A stretch of 64,000 nt of DNA, taken from the NCBI RefSeq assembly GCF_006345805.1, contig NC_042999.1, positions 129,456,001-129,520,000 of the forward strand, written 5' to 3'. The position numbers and the translations under genes are program-made. The notes beneath the pieces are model-generated. The model searched no databases. It was not told the origin of the DNA and saw only the letters and a list, made by a program, of their open reading frames with translations. Origin of the DNA: Octopus sinensis. Its lineage: Eukaryota. Shown one piece after another: positions 1-13,799 of this stretch. Numbering within the stretch: the first letter of the stretch is position 1; each line of letters opens with the position of its first letter.

Positions 1-525
1 CGATAGATGGTTGTATTGATAGAGGCAAGAACTTTGAGAGGGATAGTTTTGTTCTATGCTTACATATCAATGCAGGTGGATATGGAATGAAGGAAAGAGA
101 AAGAAAAAGAAAATAAAAGGAGATAAAATTGTGAGCTGTAGTCAGTCAATCATGCACAGACAGGAAGACAGGAAGAATAGGACTGGGGAACGCGGAGAAG
201 AGAGAAAGAAACAGAAAAAGGACCCATGGATATTATGAATAATATTTAATAATATCTTATGGATATGGTGAGGTGGTCCATAGAAATAATGTAATGCCAA
301 AACGTACGTAACACTGTATTAATAAAAATATAAAATCTCCATCCGTGAAGTATTTCTCGTTATTGATATATTTATCCTATGCTACACGGAGTATCGCATA
401 CATAGCAATCCCATACTGTTAACTCCGCATGTTGGGAATAATATACGGAAGTCAGCAACAAGTAGCATAGGAACTTTTATGAGCGCACTGGTAGGCATCT
501 GCAATATGCAAAATACAAAAATACA

Positions 526-578
<53 letters not shown>

Positions 579-587
<9 letters not shown>

Positions 588-746
588 ATTTAGGGTATCT
601 AAGAGATACCACCACGCTGAAAATAGCTGTCAAAACTTGACTCTAAAACTACATTAAATGTTCATATAGCACCAGGTTTTAGAGTCAAGTTTTGACTACT
701 ATTTTCAGCGTGGTGGTATCTCTTAGATAACGTAAATTATAATTTT
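579..746. repeat. Fold-back inverted repeat (MITE-like hairpin), 71-bp arms, 26-bp spacer
   Basis: 579-649 is the reverse complement of 676-746 with 4 mismatches (aligned by eye). Confidence 0.85.
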
Positions 747-840
747 AAATAATTATTACCTTTGAAAGGTTATTTTATCCCCGTGTTGGCCACTTGATAA
801 GATCGATATTTAAGTATTAATCTTATCCTTATTTATATAA

Positions 841-883
<43 letters not shown>

Positions 884-939
884 ATATGCGTGTGTGTATG
901 TGTGTTATATGACATGTGTCTGTGTTTGACAAGCCTTCA

Positions 940-1140
940 TCCCCCTCACAACCACCACCACCACTGCTTGACAACCGGTGCCGTTTACGTCCGTTATTTA
1001 TCGATTCGGCAAAAGAGACCAATAAAATAAGTACCAGACTTTAAAACAAATAAATACTGGGGTCGATACATCCGACAAAAAGGATGTTTTAAGGCTGTGT
1101 CTTAGCATGACCGCAGTTTAATGGCTGAAACAAGTAAAAA
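940..1140 (+). mobile_element. SINE family B (CORE-like), 3' half
   Basis: Shares ...cggcaaaagagacc-ataaaataagtacc...ctggggtcgat...gcatgaccgcagt...ctgaaacaagtaaaa with copies at 33180-33570 and 48795-49025. Confidence 0.75.
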
Positions 1141-1164
1141 ACAATCTCATTACACAGTAGCAAA

Positions 1165-1425
1165 CAAATATTTTTAGTGATGGATATGAAAGCCGTACTT
1201 ACAGGAGATATTGAAAAAGTATTGCAGAAAACAGTTCTATATTTTGGTGGATAATAAACATCACTACGGGAATGGCCATGAGGTTTAATTGCCAAGTTAA
1301 AAGGGGCAAAGATAGTAGAGTGGAATTTGAAGGAGATTTGCTGGCTATGTTTTAGCAAGGTGAACGACCACAGAAACAAGCTTTGTCGTTGGATCATGAG
1401 GTTCAGTTTCACACTCAGGAGCATG
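1165..1425 (+). mobile_element. Possible decayed LINE (L1/Tx1-like) ORF2 fragment
   Basis: Stop-interrupted + frame DIEKVLQKTVLYFGG...LIAKLKG...KLCRWIMR loosely resembles the post-RT region of Tx1-type LINEs; weak. Confidence 0.25.
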
Positions 1426-2454
1426 AAGTACTCTGTCTTTGTGCTGACTTACTAAACTGCTCCTTAACAGTGCTATTGTATTGAAGTGTCGTTATTGTAA
1501 CTTCTTTCTTCATGCGGTGTGTTTAGTCTACCCCCTCGTCACTTCGTTTATTTTATTTTCGACGTTGTCAATTCTGTCATGAACTTTTCCGAGAATATTT
1601 AATATTTCCTAGTTCACGAGGAATGAAAGATAAAGCCACAATGGTCACAACAAAAACCTTAATGTCAGCTGAAAGAAAATCCTAAAATGTTTTGGGGTGG
1701 ATTTCAATCATTCATTTTTCGTTGGTAGTTTGCAATAATAAGCAGGCTGAAGGCGAAGATAAGAATAACAGCACAACTATTTGAGTTTACATAATTTCTA
1801 TCTACTCGTATATTTATCTGTGTACACATAATTGATTTAATGGGACAATATTCACAAGATTACGAATATAATAGCTATATATAATGTAATACATGTTAGA
1901 TAATATTATGAAAGCAGTTCATAGTTATTGAAGACGAAATAAGTAGAAGGAACTAGAACTACTGTATGTAAGTAATATGTGCGTGATACGACATCACAGC
2001 TAACGCTCAGTATCTTTTTGTAGAACATAATACAAGTATATTAGGTAAGAAAAAGTAGAAGAGGGTGAAAGACCAACTCACTGAGCAAGCGACATAGCTT
2101 CATGTGGCTTATTGGGTGGCTCTCGCCAGAGTTTGAATCTGCCAGCTTTTTATAACTGTAAGCAAAAGTTGCCAGAACCTTCGATTAGGCTATTTGGCAG
2201 GAAAACGCGTACATTTTCTTTCAAGCTCGCCTCATCAACTACAAGTTAGCCAATACTGATTGGCAGAGTCTTATTCACGTAGGTATTAATGCTTTTACGG
2301 TGACATATTGCCATTTATGGCGGTATAGTAGGTCGTGGTCCTCAGCAGGAAAAAATCCGAGAGCGTTGGTTTCAAACTCATACAAACATGTATACGTACA
2401 TGCTCATACACACGCACAAGTATATGTGTATGTACGAACTCATATATACACATA

Positions 2455-2460
2455 TATCCG

Positions 2461-2494
<34 letters not shown>

Positions 2495-2499
2495 TGTAT

Positions 2500-2532
<33 letters not shown>

Positions 2533-2590
2533 TATATAATATATATATATATATATGTATGTATGTATGTATGTATATGTATATGTGTAC
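2455..2590. repeat. Compound microsatellite (CA)n/(TA)n/(TATG)n
   Basis: Directly visible. Confidence 0.95.
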
Positions 2591-3741
2591 GCAACGTCAT
2601 CGTCGTATACACATAGGTGTTTACATGCATACACATAAAATAATACATATATATTTATTTATACATATAAAAATATACGTTATATATATACAGACATAAA
2701 TCCCCCCCCCCCGCATACATACTCATACATATATATGTGTGTATATATATATATATATAGTGAATCCAAACAAAGAAGAACAAACACGAAAAAACAACAC
2801 GAGGACGTGGTACAAGTACTGTGTTATCAGACGCTCAGGAAAGGAAAGAAAGAGGATTTTACGTTCCGAGTAAAGCTCTTCTTCAGAAAAAGAGGAAAGT
2901 CCAAAAGAAGGGAAGACGGAGGAAGAAAATCGTCATATATATATATATATATATATAATATATATATATATATATACCCTCCCATCACACACCTACACCC
3001 GCACATATACAAACATATGAATATCCGTATAAATGAAGGGGACGTGTGCATGATAGTTGCACATATGTATGTATGTGTGTGTGTGTGTGTGTGTGTGATG
3101 GACGTAACAACGATCTTGACTATTTTAGACTCTGGAAAGCAATCCATCCGACGCTCTTACAATTTTATCATTTCATCCACACGCACATTTCTTTCTTTCT
3201 TTCTTTTCTATCCCACTCCATCTCCCCCTCTCTTTCTCTCTCACTGTCTTTCTATATCTCTGTTTGTCCGTCTGTCTCTGTCTGTCTCCCCCTCCCTCTC
3301 TCTCTTTCAGCTAGCGGTTAGCTTTTTGTCTTCGCCTCAACGGAATAAATTAAGTTTCACAGACATTATCTATATATATATTTTTTCTTTACGTCTAGCC
3401 TTTATCTCAATGCACACATTTGATTCTACAACATAAATTATTCTGTTGTCACGAACATCTATGCACATTATCCATTTGACTTTCAGAAACACGAAAATAT
3501 GTTTTCTATCACACTCTTTTTACAACAGAAATTATCTAACTGACTTATCTATGTACATACTTGCAAAACACTTTTATGCCAATTCTATCTTGTTTGACGT
3601 TATTTAAAAGCTGTTATGTTCTATTTTGAATTCTGTCCTATCACAAACCATGTTCTGTATAATTTTTACCAATAATATCTGAAGAGCACTTTCTTTATAC
3701 AGCAGCTACCACAATCATTTGGAAGCAATCTCCCCTGACTA

Positions 3742-3992
3742 TCTTTCTACTCTAGGCACAAGGCCTGAAATTTTATAGAAGGAGACAAGTCAATTACATC
3801 GACCCCCCAGTGCTCGACTTACTTTCGGAAGAAATTCCCCTAAGCATTTCGTCCGGCGTGCTAACGATTCTGCAAGCTTGCCGCCTTTGTATCAATTGTA
3901 ATAATCCTTTATACGCTAGACACAAGGTCTGGAATTTTGAAGCAGAGGAGTAACCAATTACTACATCGACCCCAGTGCTAAACTGGTACTTT
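3742..3992 (-). mobile_element. SINE family A, two partial copies (3742-3886 internally deleted; 3915-3992 3' part)
   Basis: Reverse complement of head ggcggcaagcttgcagaatcgttagcacgccggacgaaatgcttag and tail gtcgatgtaattgac...aggccttgtgcctagagtagaaaga. Confidence 0.8.
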
Positions 3993-4145
3993 CAAAGTAG
4001 CTTTACTTGCAGTAAATCTCATTGCTGCGGACCTCATCGCTGCTGCAGATCAAGAGCAGAACTTGTAGTCCACATGTGAACCTGCCAGAAGTGATTACTG
4101 ATCAAGAAAAGTCAACGTCGACCTGCGACAGACGGCCGACGACGC

Positions 4146-4148
<3 letters not shown>

Positions 4149-4189
<41 letters not shown>

Positions 4190-4262
4190 TCACACACACT
4201 ACACACACACACAAACACGATCACACACACTACACACACACACACGAACACGAACACACACA
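4149..4262. repeat. (CA)n-based microsatellite with variant units
   Basis: Directly visible. Confidence 0.95.
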
Positions 4263-4525
4263 AATAGTTTTTAACCCATTATTTATACGCTATTATTTAT
4301 AGGTTATTTGCTTCGAGATCCACCATTCCACCCCCAAAAGAATTATTTCATGTTCTCTCGAAGTTTATAAAAGTTTTTACGATGTTAACAATATCTAATT
4401 TAAAAACCCATGAACAGCAAAAAACTGGCAAGCATTTGTATTCAACATGTCACAAAATAAAAAGTAAAAAAACTATACAAGAGTGATTAGTGGCATCAAC
4501 AACAAATCATCCTCTTGTTTGCACC

Positions 4526-6941
4526 TTAGGGTTATGACATTTTCACAACCTAATAACCCTATACTGTAACTCGTTGAATAATTTCATAAAAATCAGGAAA
4601 CTAACATTTATTTTGCTTTATTTAAAAAAAAAAAACGTCACCCCAACTTAAGAAATCGATCACCTCTTTTGACCCAAATCAGGCAAAATTCTTGGTTTGT
4701 TCATAACACCTGTTCAAGCTTTTACCAAACTTGTGCTGGTTCAATGCAATGCAGAAACAGTATATCGGAAATTTTAGCTTTCTAGTTCAAGTAGTAATCA
4801 CTAGATGGCACTAGATTCAAACTTCAGTATTTCCGCTGCCTAAATCCTTGTAAACACAAGAGAGATGTGGAATAAAAGTGTATTTATACAGTTTTAAGAT
4901 TACTGAATTAAAATTGCTCTATAAAAAAAATTAAAACTAGGCTATTTTAAGACAGAGGCCACTAAATAACTGTATAAGGAAAAGGGTGCTGAATGTTAGC
5001 AAATTTTTTAATATAACAAAGAATTAATATGTTTTATTAGATAAAAGAAATCGAAGCTGAAGTTTCTCCTTCTTTTTACAAACATTATAAAGATCTTGAA
5101 GGCACTTGATTGTCCGTTCTGCAGTCTGATTTGTTCTGGGAATTTCCAGTTTTGATAGTTCTCGACCCCAACAGTTTTTTTACAATGCTTTTTATGAACT
5201 GGTAGGCTACCACATAACTTCTGATAATCATGTGCATTGAACATTTGGTCAATAAACCAAAATTCTGCCCAGCTATAAGAGATGAATCGACAAACAGTGA
5301 GAAGCAAAACTCTTTTCTCTGGTATAAGAATAAATGCCAAAAGAGCTAGTATTATTCAAGAATTCCATCTTGCATTACTTAAGTTGGGTAGTTTTTGAAA
5401 CTTTACAGTAGGAAATTTGCCAGTTTCTTCAAAGAAACGAAAAGCTCAGGTTAAATGAAATAGAAATTTTATGTCATCTCGCTATCCTGCTGATTCAGTA
5501 ATATTTTCTTCACCATTGTTGAAATTAGCTTGGAGTTTCTCGTAATTTCTTAGAAGCTCTGGGATGAATGTATATTCAATATTGGAAGATGACTTTTTTC
5601 TCAATGTTCGTTATCCATTACAACACGAAGAACTCTATCAAGGATATGATGCTGACAAGCAATAAATTGCGGTTCTTTCAAGTCTTTTTGTGCAAACAGT
5701 CTTAGCAACTGAATGACAATGCCATTTCTTTTCCCAATGTTCACACTCGTATCAGCGACAATCATCTTTACACAGTTCCATAAATTGTATTCATCTAAAA
5801 CAGTTGTTATTCCTTTCACAACAGTATCGGCTTTTCCGTTTGGCAATTTGAGTGCTTCTAACTTAACTTCTTTCTGTTCATTCTTTAAAACTAGCGCTTG
5901 GTATTCTTGGTCATCAATACGTTTACCATTAAAATGCAATGACCCGTTTTTTAAATGTAGTGTTTTCTTCATTTTCTTTTTTAGTTTAACAGCTTCTTTG
6001 ATAGTCGATCTGTAAATACCAGATTGGGAAGGATTCTCTACATTGATTCCATCTTGAGATAATTGTTGACGAACTGTTGCTGCTTTTTAAGTTGATAGCT
6101 TAGAAGGTATTACTAACTTGGTTGCAGTTCCAGTTTTGCTATACTTCCTCCTTGTTTGTGTGGATTCTTCATCTGATTTTTTGAACTCTTGATATTCCCG
6201 TTCAGTCTCTGCTACTTTTGCTTCCACATTTTGAATTGATAAACACGGGAAATTTAATTTCTTTTGCCATAAAAAAGTTACTTCTTTCAAAATTTCCATT
6301 GTCCTTTCCTTCCTTCCTTTGATGGCACCTCCAAGGAATAGGTAGCGATCGACAATTTGAAGTTTTATTGGTATCGTGCAGTTGTTTTCCAAAGAATGCT
6401 CTTCTAGCGGAGCAGGTCTTCTAAATGAGTTTTGAAATTGCACGAGATTCTTCGTCCCGATTTTTTTGTTTCTTTGAGTGACACAAGCTCTTCTCTTATG
6501 AGACATTATTTAAAAAAAATAATGTTGGATAGGCCTACTATTCTGAAAGCCAGTTAATATAGTCAGCGTTTTTAGCGTCACAGAAACAAAAAGGAGAGGA
6601 AGAGGATATTTCCTAAAGTAGGGCCTAAGTGGTTACAAATAAAAAACTCTATAACTCCTAAACTACTTAAACTTGAAAGCCGAAATTTGAGTTATACTGC
6701 TTCTGCATTGCATTAAGTCAGCACACCAAGTTTGATAAAAACTTGAGCAGGCATTATGAATCCCTCCCCCAGAATTTTGCATGATTTGGGTCAAAAGTGG
6801 TGTTAGATTTCTTCAGTTGGGGTGACATTAAAAAAAAATAGAATAAAGATTATTTTTTCTAGCTATATGAAATTATTCGTCCACTTTTGATACAGGAAAT
6901 TGTTTACTTCCCCCCCAAAAATCAAAAAGTTTTAACCCTAA
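4526..6941 (-). mobile_element. Decayed hAT-type (hATm-like) DNA transposon with long imperfect inverted ends
   Basis: Inverted repeat 4637-4692 vs 6771-6826 (51/56 identical); outer TTAGGGTTA (4526) / TAACCCTAA (6941); internal frameshifted transposase with ADTSVNIGKRNG and ACQHH (CxxH) motifs; no TSD found. Confidence 0.7.
5008..6506 (-). pseudogene. Frameshifted transposase of the hAT-type element (ORF pieces 6087-6506, 5601-5972, 5008-5340)
   Basis: D-T(T)-x-x-N-x-G-x-x-x-G and CxxH-H motifs typical of hAT/MULE/P-type DDE transposases; three collinear ORF fragments. Confidence 0.7.
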
Positions 6942-7726
6942 TTCACATGCCCTAAAATATTCTAGAAAGGCTAATCCTTGACATCACTAACCCTCCCGCT
7001 CCCTAATCACAATACGGATTCGATGACTTCAACAAAAACGACAGCAAAAACATCCTTCCGCTCGTAATCACTCTAACCACATCTTACAACAGCAAACTTC
7101 CGATTTCATCCCCCACCAACTACTTATATAAACATACTTAACATTAGATTAGGAAACAACACAACATGCTGGCAGGCAAAGAACACTGCCAGAAGTATAG
7201 TGCTTCCAGAACAACTTCCAAAACTTGCATTTCGTCTACGGGGTTCATCACAAATCTGTCTTATCCATTCTTTCAGCCTATATTTATCTATACGAACTCT
7301 CTTCACTTTACCTAAAACAATATACAAACTCATACATTAATATGATCATACTCACTAGGTTTTATCATTCTCCAGATAGTGATGCACAACTACTCTGAAC
7401 CTACATGAACTACCTTAAAAACCCGGCTCCAGAACGAGTGAGTTAAAACTGCCCATCAAATCCTATATTTCACTTCTAATCAGGAGCATCTGAAAATATC
7501 AAATTCAGCCAGCCATCACATACTGTAGCATAAACATGCCACACACATAAAAAACCTAAAATACGAGGAGGTACATTCAGAGCGCACAGTTTATGAGGAG
7601 GGATTAGATGATAAAATTAATCACGTTTCTTGTCTGCTATTTGTTTTATCAACCCCGAAAAGTTATGAAATGCAAAACCTACTCTAGAGAGATTTGAACG
7701 AAGAGCAACACCAGAGACATAAAACA

Positions 7727-8142
7727 ATTTTGGGACAATGCCAGCAACTTCAGGGGAGTGGGCAAGTCGATGTAATCGACCCAGTATTCATCTGATACTT
7801 ATTTTATCGACCCCGAAAGGATGAAAGGAAAATACGACCCCGGTAGAGTTTGAACTGAGAACGTAAAGACGGACGAAATGCCGCTAAGCACTTTGCCCGG
7901 CATGCTTACGATTCTATCAGCTCGCTGCCATGGTTTCAAATTTTGGCATAAGGCCAACAGTTTTAAGGAAGTAGGTAAGTCGGTTATATCAACCTCCCTA
8001 GCTCGTCTCATATTTATTTTATTGACCCTGCAAAAAAAAAAAAAAAAATTGAAGGACAAAGTGAACGAAATTTGAACTCATAAGGTAAAGACGAACGAAA
8101 TGTCGCGAAGTGGGTTGTGCTAACGCTTCTGCCAGCTGGCCG
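7727..8142 (-). mobile_element. SINE family A cluster (near full copy 7727-7929 plus fragments)
   Basis: Reverse complement of A-box head tggcagcgagctgatagaatcgtaagc, B-box-like gttcaaactc, central tttcatcctttcggggtcgataaaataagt. Confidence 0.85.
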
Positions 8143-8957
8143 CATTAGAAGCGGAAAATAATAACAATGATGATAAATGGAATAATAAATTCATAGCTGC
8201 AATTAACCACAACAATAATAAAGGTGATATGCAATTTTAACGACTTTAATTATCACTCATGCATAATGAAGTAATTACGACTCGTATAATTGCAAAACAC
8301 TGCAGAATAATAACAACCTATAGTTTTTATTGCATAAGGCAAGCTTGTCAGAGATGTTACTACGTAGAAAAACCGCAAATCGGCTGAATTGCTTCCTTGT
8401 GATCTATAACTGTTACCCATTTTAATTTCGTTGTTGATGACATCTCTCTATACCAGAAAACATGCATTTAAGCTGCTTTATTTTTGTTTTTTGTTTTAAG
8501 CCAATCGAACATATTACTGGTGTGAGCTTCAGATGTTCACTAAACACGCTTACATACACATCCTATGGGAGGGTGTAATATATTTCAAGGTTATAGACAC
8601 AGTGAAAAACCAATTTATATTTACTACCTCACCACCCACGTTTTTTTTTTTCGAATATTGTTACTATATAACGGTACGGTATGTTCCACTGAACGCAGTG
8701 GAATCGATCTGCTGAAAGATTTGACTTTTGAACAGACAACCAGTAAGGTCGATGATAAAGTTTAGTATCTTTAGGTTCATCATACGATGTGTGTGTGTGT
8801 GTGTGTGTGTGTCTGTGTGTGTGTGTGTGTGTGTTTGGCTGTACAGATGTACATTGTTGTGTGCACGTGTGAGAATATTAAATAAACCAATTAATTTTGA
8901 CTGTAAACTAAAATCAATCAATTTTAGGACTGAAATATGTAAAATCTCAAGCATTCA

Positions 8958-9337
8958 TCTCTCTATATATAAACGGCAAAATGTCCGTGTGTGTGTGTGT
9001 GTTTATGTGTATCCTTCATACAAATCCACAATTTTTCAGTTAGAGGGCTCGCACTTTCTATGGTCATTCAAAACCGTCCAAAGGTGGTCGTGCACATCTT
9101 TACATTTCCCCAGTCACCCAGCAAAGCCATTAAAAAATCAATAGAAGTGACTTTTTTGCGAATTTTCTATTCAAAACCCAATCAAAATGCCCGAAACTTA
9201 ATACGCCAATTGAATGCCAGCCAGTTGTATGTGATTGGTCGGAGATTTGGACAGTACTCGCGTGTATGTGCGCACGCACGCAGCTGCATATGCATGCACT
9301 AGCACTATGACCCGGCGTTGCCGGATCATAGCGCTAG
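8958..9337 (+). mobile_element. Non-autonomous Helitron
   Basis: 5' TC terminus (TCtctctatatataaacggcaaaatgtccgtgtgtg), subterminal hairpin gacccggc-gtt-gccggatc (9309-9327), 3' CTAG (9334-9337), inserted between A8957 and T9338. Confidence 0.85.
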
Positions 9338-11182
9338 TTTACTTCTAAAGTTTATAGTTAATCACTGTTATATTGATCTATCTTTTGTGTACCTGACTAT
9401 CTATGTGCATGTCTTGTCTCAGGATCTTAATAAAAGTGCCTTCTCTTCTATATCTTGTTCATTTGTTTCATTTGAAATAATTTTTTTTATATTGTTATAA
9501 TATACGTTTCTTATTTCCAAGAAGTCGCCTGTAAATATACAATATAATATTTCATCAGATTATTATTAATATATCGATATTTTATACAAATGCACAAACA
9601 CTGAGCTATACTCTGCATTCTGATATTTTCAAATTCATTGATTTTATTGAATCATAAATGTCTCCAAAAGCCATAGCTTAGTTAGAGGGAGTGCCAAAAC
9701 TTTACTTGCTCATCTTCTCGTGCTTTTGGCTTTCCATAAATTTGTCTTCGAATTAAAGCAATTATGTGACCTCCAAACAACTAGAAATTAAAAGCACATC
9801 TCATTTATTGCCTGAGGATGAATTATTTCATTCTTAACGACAGTCTCCACTCTATTGTTTGAAAATATTTCCAGTATCATTTTCAGCTCAAAACCTTCAC
9901 GAAAGAATGATTGAATAAAGAAATATAAAAGCAAATAAACAAAATACGTTATAGCATAGACTTCAAAATTATTCAATAGAAGTAAATATCTAGAAGTTTC
10001 TAAAATCGAAACACACCTAAATGAAACACTTAAACCCGTCGTATTAAGTTTTCTAAGCCATTTAGGCTTAGAAAATAAAGTTCTGTTTGCCAATTTTCAT
10101 AAAAGAAACAATAGGAACAAATGAAGAAATAAATTCAACTAGTCATTATGCATTTTCATAATTGGTTCAAATTTATTTTCCATTATTTTGTTACTAGCTA
10201 TTGTCTATAAGGTATCATCATGTACCACTGACCTAGTTTTTTTTTCACGGTCAAAATGTTCATACTGCATTTGTCTGGTTTCTCTAACGACTAAAATTGC
10301 GACGAAAAACTTAATTTCTGTTGTGCATGTACTCACTGACTTGTTTCGCAAAAACTTTTCAGATTGTAATTAAAGTTTAATTTTCGTTCAAATTTAATTT
10401 GAAACAACTGGAACTGAAGCCAACTTTTACTGAGAGTTATTCACTTTTATCAGTAAACCAGCCATCGGCTCAGGTTCGATTCCTCGTCGCATCCTTTATT
10501 CCGTTACTATCCTAGTAAAAGTACGAACTTCACAACTCTTATTTCCCTCTGTAGTTAATGGGATTGGGGACCCAATTTCAATTGGTTATAAAATGTTAGA
10601 ATATATGTTTAGTCTATTTGTCGTACATGTGTGTAGCTTAAATAATAGTTACGCTATATTTTAGGTTTCTCTTTTTTTTTTTACTTTATAAATAGAAATG
10701 AATGCATCGGGTATGGTTGTTTGATTACCTTATATGTTTTGGATGAACTATATCAGAATAACTGTTTTTATTGTCTTGTTTAAGAATGCAATTAGAGACC
10801 TACGCACAAGCAATACTGTAAGCTTCGGCGATATATTTTGACGGTTATTGTTCCAGACGTACTTATTGCACTCCTTCAAGAATTGAATAAATCATCTATT
10901 CAAGATATTATAGTGAATAAATTGCTCATTTACAATTCAATAACATTTCATAAGTACCAAAGCATTAGAACTACAGCTAGTAACGCTGCAGAATGTTACC
11001 TGGAGCACTGTTTCACATTGTGTGAGGAACTGTGAAGATTGTGGAGGTGAAATACAAATTGCCGTGTTTTAAAAACATCAAGATGCTTTGTGAACTTTTT
11101 AAAATTGTCGATCACTGTGGCGCAGAAATAAAAATGATATAGGTACAAACATTATATCTTATTAATAAGATAGACCATCACG

Positions 11183-11598
11183 CTGGGCAAAATGCTAAGA
11201 GGCGTTTCTTCTAACTTTACGTACAAATACCTCCGAGGGGACTTTAGTCCTTTCGAGATCGATAAAATAAGTACCAGTTGAGCACTAAGGTCGATGTAGT
11301 CGACTTAACCGCTCCCCTGAACGTGCTGGCCTTGTGCCAAAATTTAAAACCATTGATAAGAAAGATGAATACGACGAGCTGGGAGAATCGTTAGCACGCT
11401 ACAAAAATGCTTAGCGGCATTTCATCCGTCATTACGTTCTGAGTTCAAATTCTGCTGTGGTCGACTCTGCCTTTCATCCTTTCGGGGTCGATAAATAAAA
11501 GTACCAGTTTCGCACTGGGGTCGATGTAATCGACTTAATCCGTTTGTCTGTCCTTGTTTGTCCTCTCTATGTTTAGCCCCTTGTGGGCAATAAAGAAA
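11183..11598 (+). mobile_element. SINE family A, two tandem copies
   Basis: Head gagctgggagaatcgttagcacgc at about 11377, central tttcatcctttcggggtcgataa, tails caaaatttaaaacc and ccgtttgtctgtccttgtttgtc...aaagaaata. Confidence 0.9.
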
Positions 11599-11956
11599 TA
11601 TATATATATATATATATATATATAAGCAAGAATTGAAACAGCGTCACGCATTCCAGTAGCTACAGAGCTTTCACATCTTAACATCATAATAGGAATAGTA
11701 ACTCTATCACAACCATCAGTACTCGGTTTCTAGTAACCCTCCACCAGGCAAGCGTAGTGGAGGTGCCGGTTTTGTTGCCGACGACCCGACCATGCATCAG
11801 GTTGTATACGATTCCTTGTTACCAGTAGCACTCACGAGAGACCTCTCAAGCGACCTGACATAACATACATACATACATACATACATATATACATACATAC
11901 ATACACGTATACAATTATACATGCATGCATGGACGCATGTTTGCGTATATAAATAA

Positions 11957-12531
11957 GGTGAACTGGCAGAATCGTTAGCAGACCGGGCAAAATGCTTAGC
12001 GGCATTTCGTCCGTCGCTACTTTCTGAGTCCAAATTCCGCCGAGGTCGACTTTGCTAAATTAAGAACCAGTGGGGGATAGATGTAATCCACTAGTCTCCG
12101 CTCCTCAAATTTCAGGCCTTGTGCCTTTAGTAGAAATGATTGGCATACTTGTTAGCACGACGGGCTAAACGCTTAGCGGTACTTCGTCTGCGGCTACGTT
12201 CTGAGTTCCAATTCCTCCGAGGTCGATTTTGCCTTTCATCCTTTCGAGGTTGATTAAATAAGTACCAGTTACGCACTGGGGTCGATATAATCGATTAATC
12301 CGTTTGTCTGTCGTTGTTTGTCCCCTCTGTGTTTAGCCCCCTGTGGGTAGTAACGAAATAGAAATAGATACTTCGTCTGCTGCTACGTTCTGAGTTCCAA
12401 TTCCTCTGAGGTCGACTTAGCCTTTCATCCTTTCAGGGTCGATAAATTAAGAACCAGTTACGCACTGGGATCGATGTAATCGACTTAATCCCTTCCTCCA
12501 TATTTGAGGCCTTGTGTTTCCACTAGAAAGA

Positions 12532-12537
<6 letters not shown>
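11957..12537 (+). mobile_element. SINE family A, three tandem units (last two form a dimer)
   Basis: Heads at about 11957 and 12146, headless unit restarting at tacttcgtctgc (about 12369), ending in an (ATT)n tail. Confidence 0.9.

Positions 12538-12626
<89 letters not shown>
12534..12626. repeat. (TAT)n trinucleotide tract, SINE tail
   Basis: Directly visible. Confidence 0.95.
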
Positions 12627-12627
<1 letters not shown>

Positions 12628-12829
12628 CGGGTAATGCTTCAACAAGTAGAAAAGCATTCGATCAGCTAAGGCAACTGACAAACGGTCTTGTTCTCAGCTT
12701 GAAAAATGGCGAAATAAATCATTATTTCGACCAGGAAACCCTGGGAAGCTGTATTTAACAAGATTCGTGGTTTCTTATAACACCCCCCTCCACATATATA
12801 TGCATACATACAAATATACAAACATGCAT

Positions 12830-13145
<316 letters not shown>

Positions 13146-13621
13146 GTAAAATACATATCATTCGCAATTAATCATTACCTCATCGCTATATTTAACTGTG
13201 ATCTTTAAATTCAGGTAGAAACAAGACGATTTTATGACTAATAGTGTTTATGTTTAGAAAATGCAGATTGAACGATATTTGGAATAATTCCCAGGGCGAG
13301 GCTTAACAAGTTCACCATATGATCGCTACATATATCCTTTCGTCCTTAATACAATAGGAAAGCTGCCAGATAACCTCTGAATGTTGTGTTAAAGGATAAT
13401 AAGTGTGTAACTAATAATTAGTGCAGAAATGAATTTAACTGTTTTAATTGATGCCAGTGTTAGATGGGAACAAATATGTCTGAATTTTTTTACGAAAGAC
13501 ATAATCGTGTCGGCATGTCCTGCGGATAGCTGAACACTCACACACACACAGTGAGTGTCTGTATGTGTTTGTGCCTGTGTGTCTGTATATGTGTGTATAT
13601 TTATGTGCATGCGTGTGCGTG

Positions 13622-13689
<68 letters not shown>

Positions 13690-13799
13690 CAAGTAGAACA
13701 TTTGGGCCGGATATGACCGGTTTGAATGCTTAAGAGTTAAGATTTTTTTTTACTATCTCCACTTTTGTTCTTGATGAGGAACATTTCCAGAGAGAAGAT

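Noticed and set aside
2295-3436. Several long overlapping ORFs (up to 233 aa); also those at 12755-13171, 22085-22315, 45254-45666, 49136-49390 and 51015-51356
   Set aside because: Stop-free only because they run through (CA)n, (TA)n, (GA)n or (AAT)n microsatellites; the translations are HT/YI/CV/RE/N repeats
7000-7560. Strand-biased sequence resembling LINE debris (also 16870-17050 and 18480-18800)
   Set aside because: No diagnostic EN or RT motif was recognisable, so it is left unannotated
10465-10490. GGTTCGATTCC tRNA T-loop/B-box motif
   Set aside because: No A-box or cloverleaf could be built around it; at most a SINE head remnant
11183-12537. Regularly recurring conserved units that might suggest a CRISPR-like array
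   Set aside because: The units are about 200-bp SINE copies with Pol III A/B boxes found on both strands across the window; there is no repeat-spacer structure or cas gene
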